Shown here one piece after another: positions 27,084-37,171 of a DNA stretch of 64,000 bases (positions are counted from its first letter, which is position 1; every line of letters begins with the position of its first letter). This stretch comes from a virus (Duplodnaviria; Caudoviricetes): positions 32,001 through 96,000 of IMG/VR virus record IMGVR_UViG_3300028886_000055. The stretch is one strand, 5' to 3'. The notes beneath the pieces were generated by a model. That model did no database searches and had not been told where the DNA came from. It saw only the letters and a program-made list of their open reading frames with translations. A program made the position numbers and the translations under genes.

Positions 27084-30000
27084 TTAAGCTTCGCGTAGTA
27101 TAAAGCTCCTGTCAAATGTTACCTATAAGGCTCTTTATCCTTATATTCTACAGTTTCTTATTTAAGTTATATCTGTAGTTCAGACTATATCATCACCTCA
27201 TTGAGGTGTCGGGCACTCGTGTTAGGATTATTGTTTGTGCTACTCACCTATTAGTCGTTAGAGGTTTATCGTACTTTTATACACTTCCGATACTTCCTAC
27301 GGGATTGTCCACTTCTGGAGGTTCCCCGATTTCACCCGATTTGCTACTAATGTCACCATTAGAAGCCTCACAGTTTGTTATTTTATACGTTTTGTGATAA
27401 ATCCATCCAGAATTACAATACTTTCTCATATGATTTGGATTGCATTCAATATTTATCAGCTCTATTTTAATACAAAACTTCTGTAAGGATTAAATACAGC
27501 GATTGAAGCATAGCCCCAGTTAACTAACTTAGAACCTGCTACAGTACTTGAAACTACACCACTGCTTAGACCATCAAGACCGCCTACACCAGCAATCTTA
27601 TTATACATAAAGTCACCGCCTTTAAGAGTGAACATTGCAACAGCAGGATTACCACTAGTACTATCGCTAGTCAAGTCAATCATCATTGCAAAACCCTTCT
27701 CGCTACCAAACTCACGAGTAAACGTTCTATCAACGATGAACGAAATTGTATTACCTGCAAAATTGTAAGAATTATAAGTAGCGCCTACATTAAGGTAACC
27801 ATTAGCTTCCTTAGACCATAGGTATGTACCATCTGGTTTATAGTTAGCAAGCCAAGCACCAAGTTTGTTTTGGATATCCATCCAAGCCTTTTCGTTGCAA
27901 ATAAAGGCGTACTTGTTGCCTGTAGGCTTCTCAGCCTTCTGATTCATCATACCAATAGCTGTCTGCATAGCATCAACAGTCAACTCGCTGTAAATATACT
28001 TGCTAGCATAGCGTTCAACCTGAGGAATTAAACCATCGTACATATAAATAGGACGATTAGTGTTAGGATCTACAATAGTCGCTTTACCATTCTTATCAAC
28101 ATTGCTCTTACCGAATAGGAGAGCACGGTTACGAACCTCAAGGAAGTTCTTTAACAAGTTTTTCTCAACTGTATCCATCTTGTAAATGGTCTCACTTAGA
28201 AGCTTGCCGTTACCGTCACCTTTGCCGATAGAGATAAATTGAGTCTCCGTTGCTTTATAAAGTGCAGAATAGGTATCATCACAACGATGTGTACCAATAT
28301 AACCACGATGTTTCTCAATATTACTCTAATATTTTACATACATTAATGTTAGCTTTATGTCACCATAAAGATCAGACTATATCTTAATCTAAATATTTAA
28401 ATACAAATCCTTTACAATGTTCTCGTTTTCCTTGTGCTACTAACTTAGCATTTTTATAACCAGCTTTTACACAGTCAGTCATTGTATTAAATTCTTCAAG
28501 AAGATTTCCATCATCATCAAATCTACCAACTTTACCTCCAACATAAGGTTTGTCAACAGTTCCCATATTTCTATGTTTTAATTTCTTCATAAAGGGAACT
28601 TTTTCGTAAGAAAACTAATAGCCTAAAAATTGATGTCCTTCTTTAATTGCCCTAGGTAAATGACCTCCACCTTTTGCTGAAGGATTTAAAAATCGGCCTG
28701 CAGAATTCACACTATCAAACTCTCTTACAAAATTTCCATCTAAATCATACATATAAACAGCTTTTCTTGGATTAGCACAATCAGGAAGTCTTCCTCCTAA
28801 CGCTAGATTATATACATCCTCTCTTTGTAAAAATTCTTTATTTACTAATTCTTCTTCAAGCTTATATGCATCTTTTTCATTTTCAAATTCTTTTATTGTA
28901 GTTCTAACAAAATTTTTAACTCCGTATTTTTTAACTGCGGATTGAAAAGGAGTTTTAGGATTCATATAAGTTGTAGGTCTATATATTGATACACCATTTC
29001 CGATATAACCGTCAAAATCATCCTGCTCCGTACCATGTACTCCTATATAAATTTTATTATTAATTTTACAGACTGTTTGATATACTATATATTTCATTTT
29101 GTATTTAAATTTTAGATTTATTCCATTTCGGAGTTTATTTCTCCTACGTCTTTCAGACTAGTCGTTGAACCTTCCTTAGTACTTCTCAATGAGTTTGTAT
29201 TATCTAAGGCTTGGCTGCTGATTGTCTTAAAAAAGAGTTCCCAGCAATTAGAAATATTTTTTTAATTTTTCGCTGTCGTAGCATCAGCGGAAGAGAGCAA
29301 TGTAAAAGGACCATAAAGTCTAAGGGTCACCCTCTTCGTGTAATTCGGGCATATAATTTGCTATAAAGCGAGCAGTATCACCAACAGAATATTCTGTGGG
29401 GTCAATACCATTCTTTAAATCAGTAGTAATGTATCGACATTCACAAATCCAATAGTTATCAGCTCTACGGATAGGTCTAGCAATTACTTGGAACTGTTCA
29501 AAGGTATTATCCATACGAAAAGTATCATATTTTTCAAAATAACGCTCTTTGAAAGCAAACATAATAGAAGTGCCATTGCAACCATCACCTTCAGGTGTTG
29601 CAGCAAGTTCTATACGTTTAATGTAATTTGTTTCAACCTCCCATTCAAAAGTCATACCATCAATTGACTGGAACTTATCAGCCTTCTTCAAATCACGATA
29701 GAAGACATTTCTAAGAGCTTCAGTAAGATAACCTGCTGTAAGCTCAGGATACATTCTACTTACAATACCCAATCTTTCTGGGCGAGTACCAAGGAACTTA
29801 TAGAAATCTTCATAAGTTCTTGTTTCCAATTTTGTTACCGTATTAGTTCTTTATCTAACACTTCTAATGTTTTATCATCACATTAGTTCAGACTATATCA
29901 TCATCTTAAAATAAGATGTTTCGCGCTCGTGTCGAAATATTGTTTGTGTTACTCATTCATTAGTCGTTGAACCTTCTTAGTACTTTTACACACTTCCTAA

Positions 30001-30135
30001 GCTTGGCTACTGATTACCCCAATTTTAATTGAAGGGCTCCCAGTAATTCACGAAATTTGCAATTAGTTATCACTAACTAATGGAGCGAAATTCACTCATT
30101 GTTGGTCTTTTTGTTATGAAATTTGCTACGATCAT
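27084..30135 (-). CDS. Major capsid protein, 4 exons: 30135-30094, 29826-29329, 28340-27485, 27112-27084 (474 aa spliced)
   Basis: Removing three group I introns gives one frame: MIVANFITKRPTMS|ETRTYEDF...LHEEG|YVKY[Q]SNIEKH...VFNP Y|RSFILREA*. Exons total 1425 nt. Lies immediately downstream of the scaffold-like gene. Confidence 0.85.
27113..27484 (-). ncRNA. Group I intron 3 of MCP (372 nt, no HEG); 5' end carries an alternative MCP C-terminus
   Basis: Core elements AAATCGGGGAA, AATCCCGTAGGAAG, TAACGACTA and GATATAGTC; terminal G at 27113. IGS CUGUGAGG pairs 5' exon CCUU (U.G at the splice site) and 3' exon ACAG (P10). Confidence 0.85.
28341..29328 (-). ncRNA. Group I intron 2 of MCP (988 nt) with a homing endonuclease gene inserted before the S element
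   Basis: AATTGCTGGGAA, AATCAGCAGCCAAG, GTTCAACGACTA, AAGATATAGTC. IGS GCUCUCUUC pairs 9/9 with exon GAAGAGGGU; UUUUACAU pairs with 3' exon AUGUAAAA; terminal G at 28341. Confidence 0.92.
28384..29097 (-). CDS. Intron-encoded GIY-YIG homing endonuclease with NUMOD1 repeats (237 aa)
   Basis: MKYIVYQTVCKINNKIYIGVH...YNLALGG; track ORFs 28615-29097 and 28384-28590 join through one TAG. Confidence 0.9.
29827..30093 (-). ncRNA. Group I intron 1 of MCP (267 nt, ORF-less)
   Basis: AATTACTGGGA, AATCAGTAGCCAAG, GTTCAACGACTA, GATATAGTC. Exon GAGU pairs IGS GCUC; UUUC pairs 3' exon GAAA; terminal G at 29827. Confidence 0.9.
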
Positions 30136-30151
30136 AAACTTAAAATCTTTA

Positions 30152-31183
30152 TTAAATTAAACTGTCATATAAATCACCATCTGTTTTTGGTGCTTTATTT
30201 GATTTACGTGGTTTCCTTACGACTGCCTTTGCAGAATTGACGTTACCACTTTTTGCATCTTCTACACCTCGGTTGTAATTGTTTCTAGCAACCTCGGTAA
30301 TTTGTTGTTTATAATAATTATTTAACTCTCTAAAAGCATCTTGACCTCTAGTTAACCACCAAGCCATCTAGAAAATCGCATTAGGGTCATTCAATGCTTT
30401 TGCTATATGTCTTACACCTGCTGCATCAGAATCAAGAATAAAGCTAGCAACAGTATTCATATCTTCATCAGACATTTCCATAGGAATGCCTCCAAGATCA
30501 ATATCTCTATTTTGTTCAATAGTATTAAGTATTGTATCTTTAAATTGATTCATCTGTTGTTCTTGAGCTTCTCGAGCCTATTCCTCATACTAAGTTCGTT
30601 CTTCATCTTCTTTAGCTTTATATTCACTACGTAATGCTTCAACTTTCTTTTGGAACAACTCCTCATTATTTTTAGCATTAGTAAGTTCTTCTACAGCTTC
30701 GTCTTCAGTGATATTAGGAATCTTCGATCGAAGATCATATACAAATAATTCTTCATCTGAATAATCGTCAATATTATAAACAGGTTCATTAGACCCTTGA
30801 TTCTGTAAATAATTCTAAATAGCCTGTTGCGCAATATAATTATTATAATCATCAACTGACCAATTATTGGTACGCATCGCATTTAGAAGATTAATTTCAG
30901 AATCGTCCAAATCTGCTGAATCATCACGATCATTCAAGATTGACATCTAATCCTCTAATGATAGTTCATTAAAAGGAACTTCTTCATATCCATTTTCAGT
31001 TTCAAATTTAACTGAATCTGGATTTATACCTTTACTTCTTAGAAAGTAATCGAGCACATCACCAGAATCATCTTCCTATTCAGAGTACTCATAAGATTCT
31101 TCCTAAGGCTCTTCCTCGTGTTCTTCAATTTGTGGATCATCGTTTTCCAGCAAATCGTCTTCCCAATTGTTTAAATCATCCAT
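30152..31183 (-). CDS. Acidic scaffold-like protein upstream of MCP (343 aa)
   Basis: MDDLNNWEDDLLENDDP...; very acidic; includes track ORFs 30368-30553 and 30152-30367. Confidence 0.75.
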
Positions 31184-31214
31184 AAATCATTAGTTCTTAT
31201 TAACATTAAATATC

Positions 31215-31862
31215 TCATTTCCGGGATTTTAAATAATTTATAATCCCTTTTACATGTCCATCAGCAATTTTCTATCTACCTTCATCTGTTGTGAGAAAAT
31301 CTAAATTTTCTCTACAAGTATAAAAAAAGTTCTCAGTTAATACTGCAGGACATAAGCTTTTTTTAATGATATAGAAATTACTTTCGTAATCTACATCTCC
31401 ATCTTTTGTATCTTTGCCGAACTTTTTATCGGGCATTTCATTTTTACAAGCTTCCCAAAGACAATCTGCTAATTTGTCGGAATTAGTTTTACCAACAGTA
31501 GTCCATACTGTCCAATAATTAGCTTTAGGAAACCATTCATTTCCAAGTCCTAAGGCATTAGCATGAATACTTACAAGTATTACATTTCCAGCTCCAAGTT
31601 TTTTACACCAATTGTTAACTCGATTAACTCTGCTGGCTAAACTAATGTCTTGATCTTCAGGAACTAGTAATTCTGCGTCATAATGTAACGCTTTTAACTG
31701 GTCAACAATTTTCTTTGCTACTAATCGGTTGAAAGTCCCTTCTCTAAAACGCTATTTATAAATAGTCTCATCGGTTATATCCGTTACTATTGGACTCGCT
31801 TTACCTTTTGTATAGTCCTTATTTCCGTGACCATTGTCAATTAGTATTTTTATATCAGCCAT
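31215..31862 (-). CDS. N-acetylmuramoyl-L-alanine amidase (Amidase_3), probable endolysin (215 aa)
   Basis: ILIDNGHG, FREGTFN, SLASRV, LVSIHANA, PAVLTENFF motifs; open only with TAG=Gln. Confidence 0.9.
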
Positions 31863-32107
31863 AATATACTTCCGATAATTAATCCTGTTATTGTACCAAT
31901 AGAATCTGCAAATACGTCATACCAATCCCATTTATTATTAGGATTAACCTTATCGCCGTATTCTTTTCCCCAGGCTGCAGCAGTAGATACTAGGATTCCA
32001 GAAAGTGCAGCATAAGAATAGGGAGAATTAACTATAAAAAATAAACTCATAGTTAAAAAAGTCAATACTGCACAAGCTAGAAAATGTAATATCTTATCTT
32101 TTTGCAT
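31850..32107 (-). CDS. Small membrane protein (VanZ/YfiM-like DKxLH...KE...D..AD motif)
   Basis: MQKDKILHF...WGKEYGD...WDWYDVFADSIG; hydrophobic helices. Confidence 0.65.
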   Translation of the reverse strand: MQKDKILHFLACAVLTFLTMSLFFIVNSPYSYAALSGILVSTAAAWGKEYGDKVNPNNKWDWYDVFADSIGTITGLIIGSILWLI

Positions 32108-32379
32108 TAGCCTATTGAAATTAACCAGCCGCCAAGACCTCCAAAGACAATACCACCAATAAGCATTACTAAGAGTCGTATACTTGTCTCCTTAGTCCAA
32201 GATTCACCGTACATAAAACGGCCAAAGAAATAACTTAGAGCAATCGACGTACCTGTAAAAATTCCACTAAAGATACTAGCTCCAAGCAAACCTGCTGTAT
32301 TACCTAGCAAAAAAGCAAAAATACCTGCGATTGCTGCAACACAGCTTGTTAAAACAAAATTCCAAAAATAGTCTTTCAT
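32107..32379 (-). CDS. Small multi-pass membrane protein (90 aa)
   Basis: Three hydrophobic Gly-rich segments in the track translation. Confidence 0.7.
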   Translation of the reverse strand: MKDYFWNFVLTSCVAAIAGIFAFLLGNTAGLLGASIFSGIFTGTSIALSYFFGRFMYGESWTKETSIRLLVMLIGGIVFGGLGGWLISIG

Positions 32380-32741
32380 AATCGTTTAATTTTATTAATA
32401 ATCTACCGTATCAAATATCCAATTAAATAAGCAGCTTCTTCACTGCGCTCTGAAACATTATAGTATTCACAAATATGAGACTATACATGTTTCAATTCGT
32501 GTACTAAAGTATCAAACCATTGACCCGTACTAGTTACATCACTTATACCTACTACGGAAGTTCTTCTTTTTAAGTTTGAATTAGTTACTCCAGAATTTAT
32601 AGAGTTCATGATTTCTATAGCTTCGTTTATACTTTTTTCAGATACTTTAATATTCTTTAATGTGTTTAACATCAAAAGTAATTCTTTTTTGTTCAAGAAA
32701 AAATAACATTGCCACTTATTTTGAATATTGATGTAAATCAT
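32376..32741 (-). CDS. HExxH metallopeptidase-like protein (121 aa)
   Basis: TLVHELKHV[Q]SHIC...SEEAAYLIG; extends past the TAG at 32481 to TGA 32376. Confidence 0.7.
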
Positions 32742-33133
32742 ATCATTTTATCCCATCTTATAACAACACCCTTTCTTGCACAATCTGCTAAGAATCTATT
32801 AAACGCAATACCATCGTATCCATCTTCATCATCTAAATAGTCTTTAACAAATTTGGCTAAAGCGTTATCTGTAGTAATACTTGATCCAAAAAAATCAGCT
32901 TTTGCCATATTGATTACATACAAAGCATCATATAATATATCATTTTCTATCTCTACTTGAGCATTCTTTAAAATAGTTTCCATCTATTCTTCAGAAATCG
33001 CTTGAAGTTTTTTACCATCTTTTTTCATTTTGCCTATAGCAAATTGAGCTAAAGATTTGCTGAAATGAGGACCGTTATATCTTAAATAGTTAATCATTTC
33101 AGCAGGCATAATATCAAACTAAGTTAAATCCAT
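32738..33133 (-). CDS. Hypothetical phage protein (131 aa)
   Basis: MDLT[Q]FDIMPAEMINYLRYNGPHFSKSLAQFA...YDALYVINMAKADFFGSS. Confidence 0.75.
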
Positions 33134-33150
33134 ATCAATAAAGAAAATAA

Positions 33151-33177
33151 AAAGGAGGGAGAGCAATCTCCCTCCCT
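33151..33177 (-). terminator. Intrinsic terminator
   Basis: ggagggaga-gcaa-tctccctcc preceded by an A-run. Confidence 0.75.
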
Positions 33178-33184
33178 AAAATTA

Positions 33185-33370
33185 TTAATAATCAAATCTT
33201 CCTCTGTAATTTGATTTACGATTTATACGGTAGTTTCTACGTTCATTCATTTCAAGATCTTCTGCATTTTCAAGCTCCTCCATAACTTCACATAGAAGCG
33301 TCTTGGCCTCATGCAATTTTTGCATCAAGTATTCATCATTTTTACGATATTGTTCTACTAAGTATCCCAT
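33185..33370 (-). CDS. Small hypothetical protein with an Arg-rich tail (61 aa)
   Basis: Track ORF, co-oriented within the operon. Confidence 0.65.
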   Translation of the reverse strand: MGYLVEQYRKNDEYLMQKLHEAKTLLCEVMEELENAEDLEMNERRNYRINRKSNYRGRFDY

Positions 33371-33373
33371 ATT

Positions 33374-33850
33374 TTAAATATTATTTTTATTAGACAAGAG
33401 CTTTTCAATATTAGACAATGACTATGCCATATTACTAATCTAGCTCTTTAATTCTTCATTTTGCTATTTTAAATCATTAATTTCTTCTTGTTGCTTTTGT
33501 TCTTTTGCATAAGCAGAATCATATTCTTTTAAAATAGCATCACAATCTTCAATATTCTATTTATAATAATCAAAGTTGTTAACAATGTTTTCAGAATTAG
33601 CTTTTATTTTACGTACTTCATTTAAAGCATCATTCTTATTCTCAGTAATAATTAAAGATCCACTATTAGCAATATTTTGATTATAGGGTAATTTGTTTAA
33701 TTCATACTCCTTATCATCTACCTTCACCTTCATATCCATTGTCCCCGCATAGTTTGGTTTATTGTCAATGATTTTGCCTACCTTTAGAGTTAGGTGATCA
33801 GTTTGCTCTAAAACATATACGGAATTCCCTTGTCTTAAATTAGAAAACAT
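33374..33850 (-). CDS. Hypothetical protein with a C-terminal coiled coil (158 aa)
   Basis: MFSNLRQGNSVYVL...; reads through TAG 33557 to TAA 33374. Confidence 0.75.
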
Positions 33851-33851
33851 A

Positions 33852-34673
33852 TTATGCTCCAGTAGTTGGCGTATCTGTAGTTGTTGCGCCAGATAGCCGA
33901 TTGGCCCAATAACTGGCAATAAAATCTGCACCTGCGTTAGCTATCAAAGTGGGAACAGCAGTAAATTGATTGTTAGGTAAAGTGATTGTAGGTGGCTGAC
34001 ATCTCTTAATAGATTCAACTTCATTAGTTAAATTAACAAGTGAACCCATAACAGGAGCCAATGCCTAACTTAAAGCTGCAGTAGTAAAGTTCTATGATTC
34101 TAATTGAGCAACCTTAGCAGTCAATGCTGTGATTTCACGATCTTTACGAGCATCTTCAACCTAATCAATCTTGTTAAGTAAAGTATTTGTTTGATTACAA
34201 ATGTTTAAAGCATCATCTTTAGCATTCATTGCCAATGTAGTATTTACACTAGAGAAACCTTGGCAAAGCTGCTATTGAAGTGCCATATTGCCTTGCTGCA
34301 TAGCGTTAATAATCTGAAGTGGAGTCATACCTAATTGAGTAGACATATTGCAAAGCTGAGTACTAACAGCAGTAATAGCAGTATTAAGTTGATTATAATC
34401 AGCATTCAAAATGCTAGCGAGTTGATTAATGGATTGCTGCTACAACTCGCCTTTACTAGTAATAGCCTACATAATTAAATCATTTGTGTTATTATTTCCA
34501 CCACCAAACAAACCATTGCCATTGTTGTTGACAAGAGCACCAAGGATAAAACCAATAAGGCCACCACCCCAGCCACTCATACCGCCCCAGCCACGATTAC
34601 CGCTTAAGGCTAGCAAGGTTGCAAGATCATTATTACCGTTTTCTGGAAAGCTGAATACTTTTGTATCATCTAT
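33852..34673 (-). CDS. Gly/Trp-rich membrane-anchored coiled-coil protein (~273 aa), apparent ATA start
   Basis: (M)DDTKVFSFPENGNNDLATLLALSGNRGWGGMSGWGGGLIGFILGAL...; in frame with track ORF 33852-34061; no ATG at the expected start. Confidence 0.65.
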
Positions 34674-34893
34674 AAAAATTAAAGTTTTAAAAATTAAACA
34701 CGATTAGATTCTAACGAATCCTTTAAATCTTATCATAATAAAAGATTATCTAAAATAAACCTTAGAGGTTGTATTATTTTTAAATACTTATTATCTATCT
34801 ATTTAGTATAAATTTAGTCATCTTTATTTAATAATACAAACAATTCTTAAACATTTTTAAAAAATACAATATTTTATATTATAAACTTGAAAC

Positions 34894-34944
34894 ATACTGT
34901 GTTGAAATCTAATAAAGCTAATTATTAAATCTTCAACACAGTAT
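34894..34944. repeat. Intergenic inverted repeat (13-bp perfect arms), possible terminator
   Basis: atactgtgttgaa...ttcaacacagtat downstream of the SGNH tail gene. Confidence 0.55.
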
Positions 34945-34993
34945 AAAAATAATTGTTTTATATTAAATTTTAGATTGGTAAATTTTATTTATG

Positions 34994-37171
34994 TTAAACG
35001 TCTGCAATATTAGTAATTTCCCAAGGATAGATAACTCCATATACGGCGGCTTTCTAACACTAAATTCGATTAGCAGTCGTTACTGATTCACCATTATTCT
35101 AAGAACCATCAGTTATTCCAGAAATATCAATTTCTGAATTATCGTTATATATAGAAATTCCAGTAAAAGGATAAATCAAAGCTGTGTATAGAGCACATGC
35201 TGCAACATACCTACCAACACCGACTGATAAATGTTTATTATCATAAGTGTAACTATTACTAGTAAGTGATCTAATATTTTCAACAGCTGTGCCACTACCA
35301 ATTATCGTTAATCTAAGATCCTATTGTAATTTTCTATTAACATTGCGTATACCTTCCCACATTTCAGATTGTGTAGGATATGGCCACGTCATATTAAAAT
35401 ATAATTTAACGTTTCTGTTAGTACAACATTCATGAACTTTATTTATAAGCATTAGTATATAGGGCTAATAAGTACTATAGTCAGCACTATCACTAGATAA
35501 TTGCTAAAATACTATTATATCCCACGGCTAAGTAATTATTTCTGTAAGCGTTCCATTACCAAATAAAGTTCCAGAATTTACTCCAGATTTTAATGCGTAA
35601 GAATCGTTAAGGTGTGTAGCATAATGTTGTAAAGAAGCACTTGATGTATAAATATACTATAAAGAAACATTATTTACACCTAAGTTATTACATATACTTT
35701 GTAAATATGAACAGGAATGTTCTGTAAAGGAATTACCGATTATTAAAACATGTTTTTCTTTAGTATCATTCTATAAAGAATTTATTTGATCCTATACTCG
35801 GTTCTACTTAATACGAAATCCGTCTATTCCTGATGCAGCAAGTTTAATTTCTATTGTGTTATTATCTTTTGTGTAATACCTAAAATATTTAGCTTCTTCA
35901 GGAATAATGTACAGATAATTATTTTGATTTGAATATTTTATACCAGAAATAAAAGTTTTACTCGCATTGTAAAATGCCATACCGACACCTGTGCCAGAAA
36001 AACTTGTACTTAATGTTAAAGATTTAATATTTTCTGTAGGTAAAAAGTTACTTATAGCAACATTACTTGAACTAGTATAAGCTTTCCCATCGATACAATT
36101 AACATAATATCCTGGAATTACACAATCGTCTTCAGTATACACTTTAGAATACGTAAATTCATTTAATATAGAATTAGTTGCATCTTTTATTTCTTCAATG
36201 TAATTTGGTAAATGTTCTATTAAAGTGTCAGTAGAAGTAGATACAGAACTAACTACAAGATATTTACCAGTATAATCTGTAAGAGTTGTAGTATACGTAT
36301 TAGTATCACCTTTATCACTATTAGCAGGAATTAACCCAGTAATCTAATCTATACTTTCAGCAAAAGATAAAATTTGAGTTGCTGTATTATTTGTTTTTGT
36401 GATATTAACAGATATAGTTCCACCGCTAACTTTATAAAATTTTACAACACCACCTTGAATACTTGACGCTATTGCTCCTGAACTATTCACGTAACTAGTC
36501 GAAAGCGTTAATTCAGGCTATAACGTTTTATCACAGTCTCCAAATTTTTCATTTAGAACTTTACCCATTTCTGCAGATAACACATTGGTACTTCCACCGT
36601 CTGTTAAATTGTTTACTAAAGTAGTTTGATTTAATGAAACGCCATCATTTCCGTTTTTAACATTAAGTGTTGTAGTTGTACCATTTGTCTCAGTAATGGT
36701 TATTACGTTATTAGCTCCACTTGCAGTATTCTAAGTTATTGAAATATTAGCAATTTCGTTAATAGTCTAGAATTTATTATCAGCTTCTGATTTAGTATAT
36801 ACATCATTATTTTCGGCAAACATTTTTTCTGTTTTAGTAACAGACCAATTACTTGAAGCGTATGTAAATTCGTAAATATCATATCCAGTATCTTTTGGTA
36901 TGTATATGGTTAACTTGTTAGTAGTATTATTTACTATAGTTGCCGTTATCTATTTATTTCCATCTTGTACAATTATTGATTTATCAGCTGCATTCTTTAA
37001 ATTAGTACATATACTATTTAAAGTACCTTGGACAAATTCCTGATTTGAAGCAGCATTATTTATTATCGAAAAGTTTTCTGAAGATATTTTATAAATCTAA
37101 GGAGTATCTTCTTTTCTAACAAACTTTGCGCTAATATTCTACCAAATGTCATATAACTCTTGATACTTCAT
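34994..37171 (-). CDS. Tail spike/fibre protein with a C-terminal SGNH hydrolase (DUF4886-like) domain (725 aa)
   Basis: MKYQELYDIW[Q]NISAKF...; LVNNLTDGGSTNVLSAEMGKVL fibre motif; HVLIIGNSFT, WDIIVF[Q]Q and DNKHLS SGNH motifs. Confidence 0.8.

Noticed and set aside
34700-34990. CRISPR-like or tandem repeat array in the AT-rich intergenic region
   Set aside because: Only a single inverted repeat is present; no repeat-spacer periodicity was seen here or elsewhere in the window.
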